Source of the DNA: a virus
Direction: 5' to 3' (one strand)
Virus record (IMG/VR): IMGVR_UViG_3300032087_006189
Length of the DNA stretch: 64,000 nt
Shown: positions 11,327 to 20,346 of the stretch, piece by piece
Position numbering within the stretch: position 1 is the stretch's first letter
Layout of the letters: every line of letters begins with the position of its first letter
Notes under the pieces: model-generated
What the model saw: only the letters and a program-made list of their open reading frames with translations
What the model was told of the DNA's origin: nothing
Databases searched by the model: none
Position numbers and translations under genes: made by a program

Positions 11327-11965
11327 CTAAAGCACGACGCCCGCGACGACGCTTGAACCGCTCTCTGCGATGAGGCGTAGCCTAACATCCAGGGCGGTAT
11401 CTCTGGCGCTGTATTCCGCGGTAAGAACTTGCACAGAAGAGAGCTTCTCTTCTGGCGAAAGGTCGATGCGATCGGATTGATCCTCGAGTATTTGCGACAC
11501 TGCCGTTTGTACCTTCGTAGCCACAAGTGCCCCAACTGCCGTAGCCGCTACAGGAATCGGGCCCAGAAGACTAAGAAGACCGCCACCCCGGTTGGGCGCA
11601 AAGATGTCTCGAGAGGGAGAGGTCAGCAAGATCTTCAAGAAGCGCTGAACCAAGTAGGTTGATGCGTTGAGCATCGTAGAGGGGACTGCCGACTCGAAGG
11701 AAATGACCGTGCTGCGGGCGCCATCTACCTCCGTCTTCAGAACGCTGACACTGCGGATAGGGGTAGCAAACTGGGTACTGGGGACATCTGCAAGGATTCT
11801 CGTGCTGCTGAGAACCACGAATGTCGGGGACTTGTCACCATTGATGAGCACGGAAGCCGTGTTCTGGAAATCTTCCCCCTTGATGTCGAGGGACGAGCCG
11901 CCAGAAAAGAAGTCGATCGCGGAGACCTTTGCAGTGCTCTGAAAAGCAACGAGAGGGAAATCCAT
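11327..11965 (-). CDS. Baseplate wedge subunit: IPT/TIG-like N-terminus plus gp25/GPW-like C-terminus
   Basis: LDIKGEDFQNTASVLING...SSTRILADVP is IPT-like. LVQRFLKILLTSP...PNRGGGL...EKLSSVQVL...LDVRLRL is gp25-like. It lies directly upstream of the J-like gene. Confidence 0.65.
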   Translation of the reverse strand: MDFPLVAFQSTAKVSAIDFFSGGSSLDIKGEDFQNTASVLINGDKSPTFVVLSSTRILADVPSTQFATPIRSVSVLKTEVDGARSTVISFESAVPSTMLNASTYLVQRFLKILLTSPSRDIFAPNRGGGLLSLLGPIPVAATAVGALVATKVQTAVSQILEDQSDRIDLSPEEKLSSVQVLTAEYSARDTALDVRLRLIAESGSSVVAGVVL

Positions 11966-11968
11966 GGA

Positions 11969-12352
11969 CTACTCCCAAGTAGACAAAAGCTGCTGCAAAG
12001 AGGAGATTGCTCCGCCAGGGGAAATTGGCGTGCCCATCAGCGCCGCGCGAAGGCCCCGGATCCTTTGAAGTTTGCCCGAAGTCGCGCGAGTAGGCAATGT
12101 GCCAGTGGAGTAAGTCGTGGTAGCCGTCCCTGCACTGGGGAGCCCAGGAATCTCTACGATCTCCTTCGCCTCTGAGTCGATACGTAGCACCTCATCTTCG
12201 ATGCTGGTCACGATTGTCGTGCCTTGAACGAAGTTCGCGTACTCCTCCGACGCCACTTCAGTCAGCGCGGATGTGATCAGGTTAAGCACCTGTGCGGCAG
12301 TCTCTCGGGTCTGGGCCCTACGCTGCAGGGCGGAACGGTACGATCCCTTCAC
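11969..12352 (-). CDS. Hypothetical protein, structural operon
   Basis: 127-aa ORF coupled to its neighbours. Confidence 0.55.
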   Translation of the reverse strand: MKGSYRSALQRRAQTRETAAQVLNLITSALTEVASEEYANFVQGTTIVTSIEDEVLRIDSEAKEIVEIPGLPSAGTATTTYSTGTLPTRATSGKLQRIRGLRAALMGTPISPGGAISSLQQLLSTWE

Positions 12353-13692
12353 AGCGCACTCCGGAGGTTGGTGACAAACCGGCCGAGTGCCTCGTCAATG
12401 CCGGCGATCGAAGAAGATGCTCCACGAGGGTCTTCCTCAAAGAGGGCAGTAATATCCCCGCGCAAGATCTTCTCGTCTGCGGCGAAGAAGCCTTCGTCCC
12501 GGAACAGATCCCGAAGCCGATCAATCGTGGCGGTAGCGGCGGGCGGCTCCTCTACATTTAGCGCCCGCAAAGCAGCCAGCGCGTCCGTAGAGTCATCCAC
12601 ATCGGTTCCCAGTACTGACAAGGAGTGCTGTGCGTCAACGGTCAGAGGGGCAATCAGTACGGCTTGGCCCGCAATCCGCGCCGCAGCCTTACTCGCGTCT
12701 GGACGGCTGTGCAAAGACAGAGGCCTGGTCACTTGCTGCGCGCTGATGTCGAATACGAACTGCACGGCATCCGAGAAGGCCCTGAAGGTCGCATACCCCG
12801 GGTCCGCGATGAACACTGACTCCACAGAGGTCACCTCATCTGCCACCGTCACCGAGCTCTCTGCTACGGCAGACACCGCCGTCTGTACACCGCCTATGTT
12901 GATCACATCACCGACCTGGATACCGAGCAGGGCGGGGCTGGTGTCGAAGGTCAGAGTGGTCCCAGAAGCCACAACACCGAAGGGGAACGGGATCGAGAGG
13001 TCTTTATGGAGCTGGTAGCGAATCGAGGGAGAACGCGACATGGACTCGAGCGAGCCGATAGACAGGGCAATCTCCACTGCCCGATCCATTGAAGGCGTCT
13101 GCTGCGCGGCTTGAAACAGCTTCTCGTACACGGGGCCAGTTGCCACAGATTCAAGCAGGGACAGGGACTGGCCCTCAAAGGCTGCGACCGACAGGATTGA
13201 GCGCACATCAGACAGGCGCAGCTCGACTTCACGCTGAATGGCTGACAGGCGATCAAGGGTGACCGGCTCAGTAGACCTTCTTCTGCGGACAGACTGCTGT
13301 GTGATGCCCCGGAGCGCCGAAGCGGCCTCCGACTTCAGCGCGGACAGCGGCACCTGTGTGCCGTTGATCCGCTTCTGAACCAGCGTGCGGAGACCTTCCG
13401 CATTGTCTTCGAGGTCTGCTTCCGGGCCTTCGATGAAGTCTGAGATCAGGGAGACCAGCTTGCACAGCAGTCCGTGGATGTTGGACATCTCCTGCAGAAC
13501 TGTGCCTCGATGCCGGGCCTTCATGTAGTTGAGGATGCCGGGCTCGCTCATCAGCAACTGGGCAGCGGCAGCTCGAGTCTGGTCCCAAGTCTGCCGACGC
13601 TCCTCATACCCTACGCGCGGAGCGTCCTCCCGCCTCTTGATCGAGAGGCGAGACGCTACAAGGTCGTCGCTAAGGGTAATCTTGGAAGACAT
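12349..13692 (-). CDS. Hypothetical virion protein (447 aa)
   Basis: Long ORF with stop/start overlaps on both sides. Confidence 0.65.
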   Translation of the reverse strand: MSSKITLSDDLVASRLSIKRREDAPRVGYEERRQTWDQTRAAAAQLLMSEPGILNYMKARHRGTVLQEMSNIHGLLCKLVSLISDFIEGPEADLEDNAEGLRTLVQKRINGTQVPLSALKSEAASALRGITQQSVRRRRSTEPVTLDRLSAIQREVELRLSDVRSILSVAAFEGQSLSLLESVATGPVYEKLFQAAQQTPSMDRAVEIALSIGSLESMSRSPSIRYQLHKDLSIPFPFGVVASGTTLTFDTSPALLGIQVGDVINIGGVQTAVSAVAESSVTVADEVTSVESVFIADPGYATFRAFSDAVQFVFDISAQQVTRPLSLHSRPDASKAAARIAGQAVLIAPLTVDAQHSLSVLGTDVDDSTDALAALRALNVEEPPAATATIDRLRDLFRDEGFFAADEKILRGDITALFEEDPRGASSSIAGIDEALGRFVTNLRSAL

Positions 13693-14588
13693 CAGGTCAC
13701 AGTCACCGTGATGGTATCGAATGTGACAGATACCTCAGGAGTGCGCGTAGCAGCAGTAAATGGTGAGCTGAAGGAAATCGTGCAAGAGCCGGCAGAGACT
13801 CCCTCAATGGTCAGGATTCCCTCGCTCAGGGACACAGTAGCCACATCCGTGTCGCTGCTTTCCACAGACACGAGGCCTGCAGCGTACTGCGTGGACGTTT
13901 CCGTGGTGTACGGCGTGGTTCTACCGCTGGAAAGAACTGCAGACACCGAGACGGTCGTAGACGCATCCGCAGCCACAGACACGGTACTGCTGCCCAGATC
14001 TACTCGAGCAACGTAGGGCCAGATCAAGTCTGTAAAACCCGCCGAGCTCGTATCAGGGACATGAACGGGAAACACCGTGTTGCCATAGGACTCGACTACC
14101 GCGTCGTAGATACAGTTGCGGAGCAAGTCGAACTCGAAGTACCCATCAGAGTCAGAGACCGCAATGACCTTTTCGTTGCCGGTAGCCATACCTCCGCTGA
14201 TACGGATCTTGTCGAGGAGCATGAACTCAGCCGTGACTTCAGGCAGATATTGTCCAGCAGCCCCGATCACATAGCCACTGATACGACAGAGGTTTGTCTG
14301 GGTAGCTGGGGGGCGAGTATCAAGATTATCTCCCGACACCTCGAACTCAGAATCCTCCGTGACCTCAACGCTGAGTTTCTTCGCAAAACTAAAGCCCTGC
14401 TTGAAGAATCTGACCCAGTAAGTCGCCAGAGGAAGCTCAAAAGTCACTTCCCCAGAAGAGTCGGTATCTCCGCTGTCAATGAAGGTCGCGCCATCAGATG
14501 AGAACACGAAAACCGTGACTGCGGTGACGGGCGTAGCCTTCGTGGCATCGCTCGCGTCATAGGTGTAGAGCGTGACTGATGCCATCAC
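13692..14588 (-). CDS. Ig-like / carboxypeptidase-regulatory-like repeat structural protein
   Basis: TDSSGEVTFELPLATYWVRF and SDSDGYFEFDL are prealbumin-like. SSDTDVATVS...GVSAGSCTI is Big_2-like. Confidence 0.65.
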   Translation of the reverse strand: MMASVTLYTYDASDATKATPVTAVTVFVFSSDGATFIDSGDTDSSGEVTFELPLATYWVRFFKQGFSFAKKLSVEVTEDSEFEVSGDNLDTRPPATQTNLCRISGYVIGAAGQYLPEVTAEFMLLDKIRISGGMATGNEKVIAVSDSDGYFEFDLLRNCIYDAVVESYGNTVFPVHVPDTSSAGFTDLIWPYVARVDLGSSTVSVAADASTTVSVSAVLSSGRTTPYTTETSTQYAAGLVSVESSDTDVATVSLSEGILTIEGVSAGSCTISFSSPFTAATRTPEVSVTFDTITVTVT

Positions 14589-15250
14589 GACCTCCGAGGC
14601 AGTTCGGTGAGCTCAAGCTCTTGTACCTCAAGGAGATCGTCCCCTTGTGCGGCAAGCTCAAAGATGTCGATCGTGGACTGGTCGGGAATGGTGACATTTC
14701 GCACCAAGGAAGTCCCAGAGATTGCGAGAAGTCCCGTAATACCTCGGACAACAGTAAAGGACACTGCCCCGGTAGCGTCTGATACCGCAGTCACATCTCC
14801 TGCAACGAATCCCACACCGGTGAGTCGCGAATCTTCCGTGTTTGGCGTAAACCGAACATAGACGCCCTGCTTGTAGTCTCCAGCTGCGTCAATGAACGTG
14901 CCGGTAAGTGTGCAGGTATTGCTTGACCCTACATCGGGCGCATCGGGGACATCGACCTCTGATGCCTCCGTTAGCGCAAAGATGGTGTCCGTTGACGAGT
15001 AATCGGTTCCCGAGACCGTGAACTCCCACAGCAAAGAGTACTCTCCCGCTGTCGCAGGGGTCCAAGCTGCCTCGTAGACTCCGGTGCTGGAATTGGTCGG
15101 GCTTGTGATCGTTTCTACGACCGCGGCATCTTTACTGATCGTCAGAGTCGGGGCTGAATCCGCATTGATCAAGTACGCGCTTCCGCCTTCGGTCGTGAAC
15201 TGGATCGTAAGTATTGAGGTCGTTTCCTGACCTACTGCTTTGAACGCCAT
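14585..15250 (-). CDS. Ig-like structural protein
   Basis: STGVYEAAWTPATAGEYSLLWEF and SDATGAVSFTV; coupled ORF. Confidence 0.6.
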   Translation of the reverse strand: MAFKAVGQETTSILTIQFTTEGGSAYLINADSAPTLTISKDAAVVETITSPTNSSTGVYEAAWTPATAGEYSLLWEFTVSGTDYSSTDTIFALTEASEVDVPDAPDVGSSNTCTLTGTFIDAAGDYKQGVYVRFTPNTEDSRLTGVGFVAGDVTAVSDATGAVSFTVVRGITGLLAISGTSLVRNVTIPDQSTIDIFELAAQGDDLLEVQELELTELPRRS

Positions 15251-15663
15251 CAGGAGCTCCTGACCGAAAAGGCGAGGGTGCCGGCAGTCCCTTCAATGAT
15301 CTTTGGCACTGAGGTAGAGGTGCCGCCCTCGGATGGGTTTTCTGTGATTACAGAGGTGGATGCAGCTTCGGTAGCCGACGCGGTTGCGGCATAGAACCGA
15401 GAGACTGTCGTTCCCTGGATCACATTACTGGAGTCTCTTGCGACATACTGTACGAAGTACCACCCGGCCGAAGCCGGGGTGTACGTGCCGGTATACACCT
15501 TTCGATCATCGGTGCTGAACGCCGACTTTTCGGTCAAAGTCACATCAGAAGACGAGTCATCTTCCGCAAAAACAACCGATGCGGTAACTGCAAGGCCCGT
15601 TGAGTCCGAGAAGAACGACAGCACAAACTCTTCGCCAGTGTGGGCTGAAGTAGAAGAGATCAT
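15250..15663 (-). CDS. Ig-like structural protein
   Basis: Start moved to ATG 15663 because it overlaps the upstream stop (ATGA); contains VYTGTYTPASAGWYFVQY. Confidence 0.55.
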   Translation of the reverse strand: MISSTSAHTGEEFVLSFFSDSTGLAVTASVVFAEDDSSSDVTLTEKSAFSTDDRKVYTGTYTPASAGWYFVQYVARDSSNVIQGTTVSRFYAATASATEAASTSVITENPSEGGTSTSVPKIIEGTAGTLAFSVRSS

Positions 15664-16151
15664 GCAGAGACTCCTACGCCACCCAGACAAGATGCGGTAC
15701 CGCCGTACACTCCGTTGACAACTCGGAGAGGGGCGAACTTCTGCCCGTCAAAGGCGGCACAAAAGGTTCTTTGGATGGAGTTCGAGACAAATATACCATG
15801 CAGGTGAAAGACATACTCTCCAACGTCGATGATCTTCCCAGGGATGCCCAGCAAGATCTGCGACTGCTGCTGCGGAGTGTGCTCGCCCTCCCACTGTTTT
15901 TGCGGGATGGGGTCTCCTGGAAGAAAGACCATATACGCGAAGCAGTCTTCTTCTGGAAGAAAATGAGTTGATATTTCCTTTCCAGTGGGGTCGTTTGACA
16001 GCTGGCTGGGGACTGCACTGAAGGAGTCCTCACCTGTGCGAACAAAACGAATAAGGCTCGCAACCACTGCAGCGGAGCGAGCCTCTCTTCTTTTTACGCA
16101 GCCGTCAAGAATCTGGCTGCTCATTTTTAGGGCTTCCCAGTCCAGACGCAT
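15660..16151 (-). CDS. Hypothetical protein
   Basis: 163-aa ORF in the operon; the start may be later (MSSQ, 16124). Confidence 0.5.
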   Translation of the reverse strand: MRLDWEALKMSSQILDGCVKRREARSAAVVASLIRFVRTGEDSFSAVPSQLSNDPTGKEISTHFLPEEDCFAYMVFLPGDPIPQKQWEGEHTPQQQSQILLGIPGKIIDVGEYVFHLHGIFVSNSIQRTFCAAFDGQKFAPLRVVNGVYGGTASCLGGVGVSA

Positions 16152-16509
16152 CGTCTCCTACCTCTGCGGCCTTTGCCAAGGTGGCAGCTAGCTGTTCCGC
16201 AGCAGTCTTTACGTCGTTGAAGACAGATCCGCCACACTGCGCAATGATTGAGGGAATCATGTGCTTTGGGATATCCAGACCAACCGAGTAGTTAGCCAGC
16301 AGAATACCCAGTACGCTGATGATCTTCTCATACTGATGGCGAACCAGGGGAGGATACTCATTCCCGAGAAGGTCATAGAGCTGGCCAGTCTCGCTGTTGT
16401 AGATGGCTCGCTCTCCCGCAGGATCGGCTACTACGGCTGAAACTGCTGCCTTGAGGGAGGTACGAGCAGATTTTCCACCGCCTACAAACTTCCATACACG
16501 CTTTGCCAT
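16105..16509 (-). CDS. Hypothetical protein
   Basis: 134-aa ORF; first gene after the terminator at 16591-16624. Confidence 0.6.
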   Translation of the reverse strand: MAKRVWKFVGGGKSARTSLKAAVSAVVADPAGERAIYNSETGQLYDLLGNEYPPLVRHQYEKIISVLGILLANYSVGLDIPKHMIPSIIAQCGGSVFNDVKTAAEQLAATLAKAAEVGDDASGLGSPKNEQPDS

Positions 16510-16590
16510 TTTCTAGGTGCTCCGTTACAATTTGTGCAGAAGTAGGTGCCTTCCCCAGCACAGTAGCACCCAGCCTAGCCCTCGGCAAAC

Positions 16591-16624
16591 AAAAAGCCCC
16601 CTCCGGCATCCGCCGGAGGGGGCT
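16591..16624 (-). terminator. Intrinsic terminator after the fibre gene
   Basis: Perfect 13-bp stem agccccctccggc/gccggagggggct with a 4-nt loop, followed by a T-run on the minus strand. Confidence 0.85.
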
Positions 16625-16641
16625 ACTACTATGCAACTAGA

Positions 16642-18534
16642 TCAGAACGAGCCGAACTGACCAAGCGGAGCGACCGCGTTGCGCAGGGTGAGGTTGCGGG
16701 TAGCGTAGAAGAACGCACGCGTCGAGGAGGGGTCCGAGTCAGCGCACTGGAAGTCGAACTGAACGACACCGTTGTGGCCAGCAGGAACCTTGAGGAAGAT
16801 CTCAAAGACGCCAGTGGAGACCCGCTTCATCAGGTGCCAGCCGTCGAAGAGGCCGCTGCTGCCGGAAGCCGTAGCTGTGGCAAGGGCGGTGGAGCCGGAG
16901 TCCTCGTAGACGCGGTTGTTGCCGCTGGCGGTGATCTCCGACCCATTCTCGTACACCTTGACAGCGACATGACCGTTGCCGGAGGTGCCGCCAGTCTCAG
17001 TATCGGGCTCCTCAAGCTGGCCGGTGACACCGTCGCGCACCTGAACGGCAATGCGGACGTAGGTGTCCGTGCTGCCAGCGTAGATGAGCTCGGGAGCCGA
17101 GGGGATGAGGCGGGCATTCACGCCAGTCTGCAGGGCATCAACCTTGGCAGCCATTGCAGCGATCTTACCGAAGACGGTGGCATCGCTGGACACGTCAGCG
17201 TTGTCACCAAGCTCGCTGATCAGGGTACCAAGGTCAGAATCCAGGGCGGACAGACCGTGGGTGCCGTGGGTCAGGTTGTCGGCAAGGGCCTTGACTGCGG
17301 CAATGTCTGCAGACACGGACGCTCCGGCAGGAGCACCGAGGCGATCGTAGTTGTCAGTCACGGCAGTCTTGATGGCACCGAGGCCGTCGGTGCCGTTGTC
17401 CAGATCATTCTGAACTCCAGCAACTGCTGACTTGATGGCAGCGAGGCCGTTGGTACCATCTTCGAGGTAGCTGTTGGTCTCGTCGATTACGCCCTTAGCC
17501 GTGGACAGGTCGTCGCCAAGCTTCCGAACCTTTGCGTGCAGCGAGCCAGAGCTGTAGTTGGTGGCAGCCAGATCACTGGCAGCGCCCACGGCGGTGACAA
17601 TGGCATCTACCTCGGTATCAACCTTGGCGTACACATCGGCAACATCGGCACCCAGCTTACGGACCATTGCCATCAGCTTCTTGTCGGTGCCGTAGTCAGC
17701 GGCAGCGCTGTCGCCGAGCGCGCCAAGCATGCCCTCAATGTCATCCACGTTGCCGCTGATGGTATTGAGCTTGCCGTCCATGGTGGACAGGGTGCTATCA
17801 ATAGCGCCAGTATCGGTCACGATACGGTTGTGGATCTCGGCAAGAGCAGCAGAGACGGTAGCGGGGGAGGTGATTCCCGTGTAGCTAGCGGCGCTGATGT
17901 CACCAATTTCTGTCTGCATGTTGCCAAGAGCTGTATCGATGTCGTCCGTCTCAGCTGCGACCTGCTTGATGGCAGCGAAGAGGGATCCGCTCAGAGATGC
18001 AGCATCGGCGTTGGTGCCGATCTTGGTCTTGTTGCTGCCCGCATCGGTGGCAGCGGCCTGAGCCTCGTCAAAGACGATCTTGAGGGCAGCAGCAACGCTT
18101 GCCGGGCTACCTGCGATACCAGCTGCACTGACATCGCCGATCTCGGTCTGGACTTCCTGAATCTCTGCGTACAGGTTGGTGCTGTCGTTGAACAGGCCTC
18201 CGGCACCAGTTGCACCCATTGCGCTCAGGGCATCACCAATGTGGTCCTGGGGGGCGTAGGCCCAGGCCTGAACACGGACAACCTCTTGCCCTGCTGAAAC
18301 CGTGGCGTAGTACATCTTGCCGGCGGTCATGTTGCCGGCGGCAACCTTGAGGGCGTACAGGCCGCCAGCAAGCTCTACGGTGCTGGAGGTGACGGTGCTA
18401 TGGGCGCTGCCGGAGGTAGCGTCGTTTACCTCATAGACATTGGCCGTCAGAGTCAGGCCGGTAGAGGAGAACTGAAGCGGGAAGTAGGCATCTTTCCCGG
18501 AGGGAATAACGCGCTCGAACATCATGGAAGCCAT
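16642..18534 (-). CDS. Fibrous virion appendage (whisker/fibre-like segmented coiled coil), 630 aa
   Basis: Ala/Gly/Asp-rich, with internal repeats (EIGDVSAA/EIGDISAA; GTNGLAAIK/GTDGLGAIK; GSLFAAIK/GSLHAKVR) and globular-looking ends. Confidence 0.6.
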   Translation of the reverse strand: MASMMFERVIPSGKDAYFPLQFSSTGLTLTANVYEVNDATSGSAHSTVTSSTVELAGGLYALKVAAGNMTAGKMYYATVSAGQEVVRVQAWAYAPQDHIGDALSAMGATGAGGLFNDSTNLYAEIQEVQTEIGDVSAAGIAGSPASVAAALKIVFDEAQAAATDAGSNKTKIGTNADAASLSGSLFAAIKQVAAETDDIDTALGNMQTEIGDISAASYTGITSPATVSAALAEIHNRIVTDTGAIDSTLSTMDGKLNTISGNVDDIEGMLGALGDSAAADYGTDKKLMAMVRKLGADVADVYAKVDTEVDAIVTAVGAASDLAATNYSSGSLHAKVRKLGDDLSTAKGVIDETNSYLEDGTNGLAAIKSAVAGVQNDLDNGTDGLGAIKTAVTDNYDRLGAPAGASVSADIAAVKALADNLTHGTHGLSALDSDLGTLISELGDNADVSSDATVFGKIAAMAAKVDALQTGVNARLIPSAPELIYAGSTDTYVRIAVQVRDGVTGQLEEPDTETGGTSGNGHVAVKVYENGSEITASGNNRVYEDSGSTALATATASGSSGLFDGWHLMKRVSTGVFEIFLKVPAGHNGVVQFDFQCADSDPSSTRAFFYATRNLTLRNAVAPLGQFGSF

Positions 18535-18582
18535 GGTAGAAACCTCGGAGTGTCAGTGAGAGGCGCTGTATCTACGCGGCGC

Positions 18583-18795
18583 TTAGACTTTTCTGATTTG
18601 ATTTTTCAGAGTCTGGTATGTGTTGAAGAACCGGCACTCAGGCGTACTGGGCCAGGTTGACTCCATGCTGTCCAGATCGGAATCTGAGATCTCGAATACC
18701 CAGGATACTCTACGTCCTGATCGCTTTACGGATGCAATCCGGTATCCGTTTGCCACCAGGTATGCGGCAAAGCTCATGTCTTGTGTTTCGTACAT
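18583..18795 (-). CDS. DUF5659-like small protein
   Basis: YETQDMSFAAYLVANGYRI...RVSWVFE pattern. Confidence 0.6.
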   Translation of the reverse strand: MYETQDMSFAAYLVANGYRIASVKRSGRRVSWVFEISDSDLDSMESTWPSTPECRFFNTYQTLKNQIRKV

Positions 18796-19031
18796 TACGT
18801 CAAGGCCGCGGACAGCAGGGGCAGGAACTCGGCAGCAAAGGCCTCGGAGTGCAGTCTTCCCAATTCTATCGTACGGCGTTGGAGTTGTCGAGTGCCGGTC
18901 CTGCCCTCAAGCACTACCAGTAGCAGCTCTTTTTCTCGCAAAAGACGGGCTTCTTCTTTGCGCAAGAGGGCATCGACCTGCGCTCCCAAAGACGCGACCA
19001 TAGAGGCATACGGGCCTGCTGCTTCAGCCAT
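18795..19031 (-). CDS. Hypothetical protein
   Basis: 78-aa ORF coupled on both sides. Confidence 0.5.
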   Translation of the reverse strand: MAEAAGPYASMVASLGAQVDALLRKEEARLLREKELLLVVLEGRTGTRQLQRRTIELGRLHSEAFAAEFLPLLSAALT

Positions 19032-19861
19032 CAGAACGCATCCATGTAGTCTTTGTACTTTTTGGCAATCCGGTTTTTGACCTGAGAAACCTTCGACGGG
19101 CTCCAGCCAAGATTCTTTGCGATCTGACCCATGTTCTCGGTCTTTGGCTTCCCATTCTTGCCAAACAGATATTCGAAGACTGCCTGCTCCTCCAGGGTCA
19201 GGTCATAGGGCAGCATTTCGACGATTTCTCGGTGAACTGAGGAAGTCTCCTCAAATGGATTCACATCGAATCCGCCCTCACCGAGTGTAGGAATCGCAAA
19301 GATGTCGGGGCGCACCTCTTTTGCGAGCCGCTCGACCTTCTTGACGCTGATCTTCATTCGATCTGCGATCTCAATGGAGGTCGGATCTCTATTGAGCTCT
19401 TCGCGCAGGATGTCTTTGGTGCGCTGATACTCGCCGATCTTGTTCGCCTGAGACTCCACGATTCTTGTGAAGTTCTGGTGCTTCTTCACATACCGGTTCA
19501 GGCCACGGAGGTTGTTCGTGACATGAGTGGAAATCACCGCGCCCTTGGCGGGGTCGTACTTGCGCAGAGCCTTCACAGTCAGTGACCGCGCCTCTGCCTC
19601 GACCGTGGGGCGGTACATGCGCGGAGGCGTATGTCGGTTGACCTGAGACGTGATGACCGGATTGAGCGCAGTCAAGAGGGGCTGCAGCTTCTCAGGGTCC
19701 TCATTGGAAGTCTTCCACTGGCGCCACAGATCGATCTCCTTGGCCGCCTTGCCCGTGTACGGGCGAAACTTGCCAGTCTTGTAGTCCTTGGTCCCCCAGG
19801 TTTTCGGAAACTGGTAGGGGTCCTTGGCTGCAATTTTGAGGAGTCGATCCTTGACGGCCAT
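19031..19861 (-). CDS. RNA polymerase sigma factor, sigma70 family, FliA/WhiG/SigF-like
   Basis: Region 2 is KALRKYDPAKGAVISTHV, region 3 is LREELNRDPTSIEIADRMKISVKKVERL, and the region 4 HTH is LTLEEQAVFEYLFG...MGQIAKNLGWSPSKVSQV. Confidence 0.85.
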   Translation of the reverse strand: MAVKDRLLKIAAKDPYQFPKTWGTKDYKTGKFRPYTGKAAKEIDLWRQWKTSNEDPEKLQPLLTALNPVITSQVNRHTPPRMYRPTVEAEARSLTVKALRKYDPAKGAVISTHVTNNLRGLNRYVKKHQNFTRIVESQANKIGEYQRTKDILREELNRDPTSIEIADRMKISVKKVERLAKEVRPDIFAIPTLGEGGFDVNPFEETSSVHREIVEMLPYDLTLEEQAVFEYLFGKNGKPKTENMGQIAKNLGWSPSKVSQVKNRIAKKYKDYMDAF

Positions 19862-19863
19862 GG

Positions 19864-20109
19864 CTACTTCTTCTGCGCGCGGTCCACGAGCTTGCCAGCC
19901 TCTCGAGCAGACATGCCCAGTCGGACATTGCGGCCGTAGTGCTCTTTGTTCGTGTAGAGGCTGCTGAGCTGCTTGTATGCACGCTCACCAAGAACATCCC
20001 GACTCTTGAACAGTTCATCGAGGAGCTGATTCGTGTGTCGAACATTGAGTTTTTCGGCACCCTCAGAGAGCTGGCCATCTACACTGCGCTGAAAGAGCTC
20101 GGACATCAC
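19864..20109 (-). CDS. Hypothetical protein
   Basis: 81-aa coupled ORF. Confidence 0.55.
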   Translation of the reverse strand: MMSELFQRSVDGQLSEGAEKLNVRHTNQLLDELFKSRDVLGERAYKQLSSLYTNKEHYGRNVRLGMSAREAGKLVDRAQKK

Positions 20110-20345
20110 ATTCCCTCGTTTTTGCGGAATCTGCTCATAAACCCGGTCTGCTTGAGCAGCTGCTTTTGCTGGTACTCACGCTGACGGCGTGCCACCTTAC
20201 CCTCCCGGGCATCTTGCAGCAGGTCTTTACCGAGAGCACCAGCAGCAAGTCCGCCAGCCCCGATAAGCACTCCTTGCCCACGAGTAAGGGCAGCAATCTT
20301 GTGCATTTCGTCAAAGCAGGCAGCAAGCATCGCCGAGTGGATCAT
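20106..20345 (-). CDS. Small protein with a FDEMHKIAA leader and a glycine-rich hydrophobic segment
   Basis: MIHSAMLAACFDEMHKIAA followed by GVLIGAGGLAAGALG. Confidence 0.6.
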   Translation of the reverse strand: MIHSAMLAACFDEMHKIAALTRGQGVLIGAGGLAAGALGKDLLQDAREGKVARRQREYQQKQLLKQTGFMSRFRKNEGM

Positions 20346-20346
20346 A

